NCBI GenBank assembly: GCA_033442325.1
Contig: JAWQFM010000009.1
Span: 675,597 to 739,596, forward strand
Direction of reading: 5' to 3'
Source: Salpingoeca rosetta
Lineage: Eukaryota; Protista; Choanoflagellata
DNA: 64,000 nt
Numbering within the stretch: position 1 is the first letter of the stretch; each line of letters begins with the position of its first letter. The notes beneath the pieces were generated by a model, which was not told the DNA's origin, searched no databases, and worked only from the letters and a program-made list of their open reading frames with translations. This document shows, one piece after another, positions 50,904-64,000 of the stretch. The position numbers and the translations under genes are program-made.

Positions 50904-53753
50904 TCACTCCAACATCATTGCGAGCAGGTCCAAGTCACGATCATCACCGTCCTCTTTCTTCGACGCCTCCCCTGCACGCGTGTGAACCGTTGCTTGTATT
51001 GCTGCCGCTGGCTTGTCGGTTGGCTTCCTCCCGCTGCCACCGCTCTCATGATCTCTGGCACGCGCGTATGTGCGCCTCTCCTCCTGCCCGCTGCGTGTTC
51101 CCAAATCACCAGCACCCACGTTACCCCAATCATCACCATCGTCGTCGTCACCACCATCGTCATCATGGTGGTGGTGGTGGTGGTGGTGGTGGTCGGTGTC
51201 TGTCTGCTCCTGTGAGGCAAACGGCGTCTCCGGCACTTCCTGCAGCGCCTCAACCTCTTCATCCGCTTCGTCCTCAACCTCTTCATCCGCTTCATCCTCT
51301 TCATCGGCGCCGCTCGGTACGCCCCTTGCTCGTGGCGGTGCTGGTCGCGCTGTTGCTCGTGCGCGCATTGTTGTTCTTCCTCTTGTTTCTCGAGTTGTGG
51401 TTGCAGATCGCAGCGCTGGTCTTGCTGCTGTTGCTGCCGATGCTTGCGCTGGTGCGTGTGTTGGCGTACTCCTTCGTGGTGCCTGTGCCCCTGACGCTCG
51501 GCTGCGTGTCGTTCTGCTCCCTGCAACAACGTGCTCTCCCACCCCTTCTTCCTGTCCATCGTCACCACCGTCTCCTTGAGCAACGCTCGCCACCCCTGCA
51601 CGTGTGCTGTCATCGTCGGCGTCGTCGGCGTTGTCATCGTTGTCGGCGGTGTCGTCCACCACCATCTGTGCAAGTGCAGGTGCGCTCAGGTCGAGGGAAT
51701 GCCCGACAATCCGCGACGCAATATCTGTCAGCGTTGCGGGCGTCAAGCGATACCCTGCTCCTTTCTCCGTCTTCTTCGCCTTCTTGCCCCGCCCCCTGCC
51801 TCCACCCGTGCCACGACCACTCTCACGCTTGCCCTTCCTCCGGTCACCGCCACCATCACCACCATCATCGCCATCACCCCGCATTGCTCGCGAAGTCCTG
51901 GGCTTTGTGTCCAGCAGCGACATTGGAAGACGCCTGCGATGCGGAGATGATGTTGGTGCCGCCCGCGCTCCCGGTCTGGATGACGACGATGATGACGATG
52001 AGCCTGTTCCTGCTTTAGTTGTTGACGCAACTGCTCTTGTTGCTGCCGTCGTTGTTGTTGTTGTTCTTGTTGTTACTGTTCTTGTTGCTCCTCTTCTACT
52101 GCTTCTGTTAATTGCCATATCGCGACGATCAGCAAATCCGCCATCATCATACACATCATCGTCATCCTCGTCATCCTCGTCATCATCATCATCGCCATCG
52201 TCAACGTCGTGTCTTCGCCTGTTCATCCTTCCATTGCCGCCATTGCCGGTATTGCCATGGCTTGAGACCCGTGATGCCGTGTGCGCGACTGCGGACGGCG
52301 AGCGCAATACATGCTCCCCAACGCCGCTACCACCACCACCGCCGTCACGAGCACCGTCACTACTGCTCAAAGTGGCATCCACGCTGCTGCTGCCGCCGCC
52401 CACGCTGCCGCGCGTGTGCATGCGGTGCCCTGCCTCTGCGGCGGTTGCGTAACGGGCGTGTGGTATTGCATCACGACACTTGGCGTCCAGCAGCTGCAGG
52501 CCTGACGTGGAGGAGGCGGCGTATCCAATCAGAAACGGTTTCGCGTTGACCACCGCTTGCCGCTTGCGCGTCGCCATCTGGGGGTGCTGGGATGTTTGCA
52601 TGTCAATCACGTTTCTGGCGTGCAGTGACTGCTGGTGCTGGTTGTTGCCGTGGTGTCTGCTGCCACCATACACACTGCCATCGACAAAGCCATCATCATC
52701 GTCGTCATCATTGTCGCTGCCCTGTGGGTGTGTGTCAACTGCAATGTGCTTGCGCGTGTGCACAAAGCGGGAGCACACGCGCGTTGGGTTGTGGATGCGC
52801 ACGCTCGTGATGACCTGCGGTGAGGCAACACACGCAGAAACTTTTGCTGTCGGGCACGGCAAGCCAACGTTGGGCGCCTGCTTGTCTGTGAGGAAGAGTG
52901 TTGCAGAGTGGTCCAGGTCGATTTGGTGCATGCAGGCAAACAGCACCGCGCACGCTGCAATGTGTGCATGTACGTGTGTGAGTGTGTGTGAGTGTATGTG
53001 AGTGAGTGAGTGTATGTGAGTGAGTGAGTGTATGTGAGTGAGTGAGTGTATGTGAGTGAGTGAGTGTATGTGAGAGAGTGAGTGTATGTAAGTGGGTGAG
53101 TGTATGTAAGTGAGTGAGTGAAGGTGAGTGAGTGAGTCAGTCAGTCAGTCAGTCAGTCAGTCAGTCAGTCAGTGTGTGCGTGTGCGAGTGCGGTTATTTG
53201 TGGAACGCTGTTTGCATGAGCATGTTTGCGTTGAAGCGTGCATCAGCACCACATGTGCGCACCTGAAAACGAGCAGTCTGCCAGCTCGGAGTTTGGTCTG
53301 CAGAAGACAAAGAAGAGGACACACTGCTGCATGGTACTGACGAGACTCGCAATTGTGTCGCGCACGTCCTGCGAGTGCCGCTCCCACGAATCGCTCACAG
53401 CCGGATTCCACGCGCCCTGCGCGTTGTGGTGTGATGTGTGGGGTGATATGTGGGGTGATGTGTGGGGTGGTGTCGATTGTGGAGTGGGGTAGAGTGTACA
53501 ATCAGTATCCGACCCTCCCATCTCCGTTGCTGTTCACGCACGCACACACACACACACATACACACACACACACACGTGCACACACACACACACACACACG
53601 TGCACACAACAACAACAACTCCTTCCACCTCAATGCTGTGTGCTTTGCAGCACGTCACCGCACACGCACGTCATTCGGCCCGACAATGCACACGCGTCCG
53701 TTCCTGCCGCACACACACGCACGCACACACACACACACACACACACACAGAGC

Positions 53754-53792
<39 letters not shown>

Positions 53793-54204
53793 CACAGCAC
53801 ACCACACATGAATGGGCAGGCAAGTGCACGGTTATAAGCGCAAATGCAGTTGTTATCGCCAAGAGCAGACGTGTCCGCAGCGAATGTGGAGCAGTGGGTA
53901 AGCTCACGCGAAACACAACCAAGGCACAAAACAGAAAGACAGGTGAAGCCCACATGGGCAGCATCGTGTCATTTGCGTGTGTTCGCACCTTGCCCGCAGC
54001 AGCCACTTCCGAATCACTTGATTCAGGTTCTGATGCATGCGGAGGCAGGTCAATGGTCGCACACGCACGTGAACGCGTGAGTGAGTGTGTGTGTGTTTGT
54101 GTGTGAGTGACTGAGTGTGTGTGTGAGTGACTGAGTGTGTGTGTGTGAGGTCGTGCGCGAAGAAACAGACACACAACAGACACACACAGGCACACACACA
54201 CACA

Positions 54205-54262
<58 letters not shown>

Positions 54263-55906
54263 GGAGAGGGTATACGTGAATGGAAAGAGAACCAACACGA
54301 CACGTCCATTGGCGGCATGTGCACAGCGAACACAATGACCAGCATCCACCTTCATCTTCAACCCACGATCGCACCTGCTTGAGTCGCATGTCGCCCTGTG
54401 GCGTGTATTCGGTGATGGAATCCCAGTCCAGAAACAGCGCTGGGCCAGCAGCATAGTTCTGGCAGCGAGCAACCAGACCAGCGGGAATAACAAGCCAAAT
54501 GCATTGTTCGTATGCGTGTGAATGTGTTTGCGTGTGTGTGTGTGTGCGCGCGTGTGCATGTGTAGACGTCTGCGTCTGTCTCAATCTCTTCTCAAAGGCG
54601 CACATATTCTCTTTCACACACACAGACACACACAGACACACACATTCTCTTTCACACACACAGACACACACAGACACACACACACACAATCTCTCTCTCG
54701 CACACTCGCACACATACACACACACACACGCAATCTCTCTCACTCTCTCTCACACACACACACACACTCGCACGCGCGCGCACACATTCCGCATGGTTTA
54801 CCTGAAACACTGTTGGAAGAAACTGTCGAGGAGAACACACACGCGGGGATGACATCCATGAGAGGACGGTGATGCATTATGGATGTTGCCCTTTCGACAA
54901 GGACGCAAGATCTATCTTCGAGAGAACCGAAATACCTATGCACACACACACACGTACATACATACACACACGACATGCATACCAATCGCATGTCGGTTGT
55001 TCGGTGCTCTGCGCAGCCGTCGTCGGAGCGTCCATCTTCACTCTCCGCCTAACAAGTGTGTGTGTGTATGTGTGTGTGCGCGATGCGATGGTTGGAGAAA
55101 GAGGGCACAGGTCAACAAGCACAAGCAGTGTTATCCAGACACAAATGTATGCCGCCACATTACACATGCGCGCGCGCGTGTGTGCATGTGTGTGTGTGCG
55201 TGTGTGTGGCCTCACCTGCAAGCGAATAAAGCGCCGAAGCGCCTTCAAGTAGTCGAAAGGAACCGATGTCACCTTCGGGTTGTGTGACAGCGCGAGCAAG
55301 ATGGCGTTCCCGTGTCTCCAAATGCTCTTCCACAAGCACTGCTCCTCAGCGCCTGTATTGACGCAAGTACACATGTGAGATTTGGCGAAGAGAGCAGTTG
55401 CAGTGCAACCTCAAGCTGCAACGCTTTTGCTTCACGTGATGGAATGTAACGCCACACGCACGCCTCAGTCACCAAGTTTCGCTTCACACACAAACACATA
55501 CACACACACATACACACACGCACACACACAAGCACACCCTCTCTCCTCTCCGTGTGCGTTCACCTGGCGTGTTCAAGGAGTGGTGGATGAAGGTGGGGTG
55601 GATCGGCTGGCCCGCCAACTGCTTCTGAATGGCGCTGGTGAAGGCGCGACGCACCTTGGCACCTCCCAGTGCGGGATCGTACAGCAGAACACCCTTGCAG
55701 GGATGCTTGGAGCTGCTTCTGACTGCCTTATGCACCTCATCTCGCACCATTCTCGCGATGGCACCCACACCATCGCTGCGTAGCACACCAGCCTGCAGCA
55801 AACCGGGCACGTTCACCATGCGGCACCCTGCATACTCTGACGCGTGCACTGCCACTGCACCATCGTCATCCCACCCCGCCAGCAGCACCACAAAAACGTC
55901 GCTCAT
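50904..55906 (-). CDS. Large hypothetical protein: globular N-terminal half (degenerate P-loop-like plus HAD-like segments) and long disordered C-terminal exon
   Basis: ATG at 55906 (MSDVFVVLLAGWDDDG...). Coding-like exons at ~55215-55352, 54803-54934, 54350-54480 (PALFLDWDSI) and 53264-53417, then a 2-kb terminal exon 50904-~52946 (MHQIDLDHSATLFLTD...DLDLLAMMLE*). Exon set is incomplete. Confidence 0.6.
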
Positions 55907-55980
55907 CGCACTTGTCGTGTACGACAGCATAAATTGCGAGTAACTGTCTTGCCTGGCGACGACTGCGCAAACAAGCCAAC

Positions 55981-60280
<4,300 letters not shown>

Positions 60281-60784
60281 CACGTGGCGTGCAGCAACTG
60301 TTAGTCTGTTAGTGGCAAGCACAGTGCCGTAATGTCGTTCTCAGCCTGTGACAACCCCCCCCCCTTCCCTTGTGTCACCTCCTAGCCTTTCCCTTCTTTT
60401 TCATGCTCGCCCCTCCCTCCCCTCTCTTTTCTCTCTCGCTGCCAACATTGTACATGACGCTTGCTGTTTGGTAATCGTGAAGAAGAAAAGGAACCCCAAA
60501 TCACAACGTGGGCACAGAACGACACTCAACAACACGGGAAAGAGAACATCAACACCAACCAAGCAGCACCACGCCAAGCACACAACAACCTGCAACCAAG
60601 GAACAAGCATATTCACGCGCGCATTCACTCACACACACACACACTTGCATGGCCACATGCACGCATGTTCACGCAATGACATTGCACCCAAACGCAGAAG
60701 CACGGCAGATACGGCAAGATATGCGTTGTTGAAAAAAAAAGAGCAACCAGCGAGAGAGAATGAGTTGAAAGTGGGGCTTGCCAG

Positions 60785-62062
60785 TTACCTTCCGTACCTG
60801 TGGTGAAACGCGAGAGAGATGCATGTGTGTGTGTGTGTGTGTGTGCACGTACGTCGTGTGTGCGCGTGCGTGATGTGTGTGAGGAAAAGAGTGAAACTGT
60901 GCGAGCAGTTCACAAAACAGCAAGCAGACGAGGAACACCACCAGCAGAAGTGCTCGACCAGCCAAACCTACACCCACACACACGCATACACACACACACA
61001 CGCATGCGACTGGACGTACTTTTGAAACTCCCATTCTGTGTTGTCGAGGGGGCACACGTGGCGAGTCTTCAACCACCTCGAAATGCAGTGAAAGTGGAAA
61101 GCATGCTGGTCACACACGTACACAACAAAAAGAGACAAAGAACAGCTCGTGAGCGCTGCAGGTCATGCAGGTGTCATCATCCTCTGGCACATACATAGAC
61201 ACGAGCACCCACATCTGAAGGAAAAAGCGCGCACACACACGGCACGCGCACACACGGCACACGCACACATACGTTGCAAACGCCCCAAGCGGCTGTGCAG
61301 TCATCGCTGGTTGTTGATGCCTGATTTGCTTGGCATTCAATGCCTGAATCAGCAGTACCACACAAGAGAGTCATGATGTGAGCGCCACAGTAAAGCACAT
61401 GCATATGCATAAACGAGACAACCGCACATGCACGCACGCACGCACGCACGCACGCACAAACACACACACACACACACGCATACACGCACATGGATCCATG
61501 ATGTGGTTGCGGCAGATGGCGCAGTTGTCGACCACCATGTCCCATCCCCAGAGCGCAACGGCATTCCACTGTCCATTTGTGATGTAGGCACCGAGTGAGC
61601 GTTGCTATGTGCGGGCTGAAAGACGCTGACGTGTGCCATAACGATGCAGCAGCAGAGCTGTAGGGCAGAGCACAGTTCAACTATCACGGCATGTATTGCA
61701 ATACCTTCTTCACTTCGAAACGGGGCTTCTCGTCGGGCGTGGTCTCCATCTTCTGCATCGATACAAGGACACACCAAGAAGGCGCGCAAACGGTTGCATG
61801 TCAGCATGTTGCGCCACAGCTTCAAAAACCAACACAAACACGGGCATCACTTTACAAGCATAACACGAAAAGTGCCCATCGCAGCTGCACACACACATAC
61901 ACACAAAACACGCCACGCGACACACAGAGAAGCAACGCGCGCCCAGTGCAAAAGAGGCAGCAGGCACTGTCGACAACACACCTTCCCCTCCGCTGCCGCG
62001 GGCTGCTCCTCAGCAGGCGCAGGCGCAGGCTGTTGTTGTTCTGTGGGCTTGGGATCCGACAT
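60785..62062 (-). CDS. RBX1: RING-box protein 1 (cullin-RING ligase subunit), 6 exons; absent as such from the ORF track
   Basis: Spliced MSDPKP...KPRFEVKK|[27 protein letters not shown]|[23 protein letters not shown]|[29 protein letters not shown]|YGR*. Confidence 0.97.
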
Positions 62063-62564
62063 GATGTGTGTGTGTTTGTATATGCGTGTATGTGTGTATG
62101 TGTGGTGTTGGGAAGTCGTCGACACGTGTGGACGCAAACGTGCTCCGGCTAGACAGCAAACACGTCCTTGATTCGATCAGCCAGCTCGCACTGCTTCTGT
62201 GTCGTCTTCTGCAGCAACGTTCTCGTTGGGTTGTCGTCCGTTTCCCTTGCTGTGCCTTTGATTGACGAAAGTTGTTGCTGGATATTGCGATATTTCGTCT
62301 GAGCGGGCGGATTCCTCGAAGTTTTATGACAGCTGGCTGGAGCGAGCAGGAACACAAACAAGAGGAGGCGGAAACGAGTGAGTGTGCGTTGACGTGAGTG
62401 TGCGTTGAGTGTGGATGAAGGTGGGGCGCACCAAATCGCAAGCACAACACGAGGAGCAACCAGAGGAGTTGCAAGGCAGCCAGGACCGGTGCGGTGGGTG
62501 TGGGTGTCAGGGATAGGCGCTGCCTTCTCTTGTCCGCCATCTGCCCCCAACCAACCAGCCAACC

Positions 62565-62703
62565 ATGGCCGAGAATCAGGAGGTGCAGACCTTCCGGGCC
62601 CTCTACAACTTTGAGGCACAAGAGGACGACGAACTGGACTTGCAGGCTGGCGATCTGATTGATGTCTACGTTGTACATGAAGGTGTGGCTGCGTGTTGGG
62701 TGT

Positions 62704-62740
<37 letters not shown>

Positions 62741-63148
62741 TGGTGTGGGTGTGGGTGTGGGTGTGTGTGTGTGGGTGTGGGTGTGGGTGTGTGGGTGGGT
62801 GGGTGGATGGGGGATGTGTGGGATGTGGGATGTGTGTCTGTGTGTCTGTGTGTGTGCATGGCATGGCGCAGCGCAGTGCACCTTTGCACATCCATTATTA
62901 TCTGTGTTTGAGGTGTTTGCCATGACTCATAGCGCCGCTGTTTGCTGGTCACAGGTGAATGGGGCACAGGCGTCTCGCGCCGCAACTTGAAGGAGGGCGC
63001 TTTCCCTTGGAGCTATGTGCAGCCCTATAAGCAAGCTGGCGTGGGCCACAAGTTTGAGCCCATCACAGTTACCGTGCCAACGGTCGATTGGCACACGCAT
63101 GCCTTTATCTGGGGAGCTGGCATGGCTGGCGAGGCCGTCCAATGCACT

Positions 63149-63230
<82 letters not shown>

Positions 63231-63565
63231 CGGGTGTTAAGCAAGTGTCTGTGTGTGAGTGTGTGTGCATGCAGGTGTGAAAGCGGTTGTGTTGCAATTG
63301 TGTTCGCATGGCATGGTGTGCGTGTCCGATTGCGTGAACATGGTCAGTTGTGTGACCCAGCTCACAGCTGGTCTCGCCAATGTGCCGTGCAGTGTGTGGC
63401 TTCACGTGCCACAAGCGGAGCAAGTTCTTTGTGGAGAACAACAGCGCTTCAGAGTGCATTCCCAACCGCAACATTGTGCGCCCGTCATCGCGGCCCATCG
63501 ATGACTGGACTGTGGAGGACGTGCACCTCTTCATGGTCGCGGTGCGTTGCCTCGTGCGTGCGTGC

Positions 63566-63603
<38 letters not shown>

Positions 63604-63632
63604 TTGTGCTTTGTTTGTGCATGTTGCCTCGT

Positions 63633-63668
<36 letters not shown>

Positions 63669-64000
63669 ATGTTGCCTCGTTTGTGTGTGTGTGTGTGTGG
63701 TTTTTTTTTGTGCATGCCGGCTTGTGTGCGCGCGCTTGTTTGCGTCATGTTTTCTTCGTGTATCGGTGTGCCATCTGAGCATGCTATGGCCTCTGGGCTG
63801 TCACGTACTCACCTCATCCGCCTCCCACCCCACACACACACATACACACCACGTGCACAACCGCACTGCAGACGAAGCTCAATGACTACGCGCTGCTGTT
63901 TCTGGACAAAGGAGTGACTGGCGGGAAGCTCAAGTCGCTGAACCACAAGAAGCTGCAAAGCCTCGGGGTTGATGATACACCGCACAGGAAGATGGTGATG
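62565..64000 (+). CDS. SH3-C1-SAM signalling protein, possibly PI3K regulatory p85-like; runs off window end
   Basis: SH3 (RALYNFEAQEDDELDLQAGDLI..EW..G....EGAFPWSYV), C1-like (HKFEP...FIWG...CTVCGFTCHK...C) and SAM (IDDWTVEDVHLFMVA|TKLNDYALLF...VTGGKLKSL...LQSLGV...HR). The p85 assignment needs the downstream RhoGAP/SH2 domains, which are outside the window. Confidence 0.8.

Noticed and set aside
50660-52452. Long + strand ORFs (452 aa, 282 aa)
   Set aside because: Antisense shadows of the low-complexity terminal exon of the minus-strand gene.

Overview
Eukaryotic, intron-dense, GC-rich genomic DNA in which most introns carry (GT)n/(CA)n microsatellites. The gene set (ciliary ARMC2 and LRRC6, an SH3-C1-SAM signalling protein) and sequence style suggest a flagellated holozoan, most likely a choanoflagellate such as Salpingoeca rosetta; this is inference, not a database match. 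Most listed ORFs are microsatellite artefacts, so genes were assembled by hand from GT-AG exons. In order: RBM28/NOP4 (partial, -), calreticulin (+), AK3-type adenylate kinase (-), bacterial YwrD-type gamma-glutamyltranspeptidase (+), a small B-box/SAM protein (-), a hypothetical protein (-), a bacterial-type DUF1214-like protein with 12 introns (+), an orphan nuclear protein (+), a gene-poor 23-31 kb tract holding a 264-bp tandem duplication and a 99-bp-arm inverted repeat, RRP9 (-), ARMC2 (+), a tiny CHCH-like protein (+), an HS3ST/NDST-like sulfotransferase (-), alpha-SNAP (+, with a foreign-looking insertion and a 100-N gap in its last intron), a degenerate kinase/HAD-like protein (-), LRRC6/DNAAF11 (+), RBX1 (-) and a p85-like SH3-C1-SAM gene (partial, +). 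The most notable signals are: (1) introns repeatedly ordered 5'-(GU)n...(CA)n-3', which can fold back and may replace the polypyrimidine tract; (2) a fully intronised DUF1214-like gene, probably horizontally acquired; (3) seven head-to-head gene pairs with spacers as short as 74 bp; (4) a C1 domain that has lost one of its two zinc sites. Internal exon boundaries are manual and need RNA-seq confirmation.
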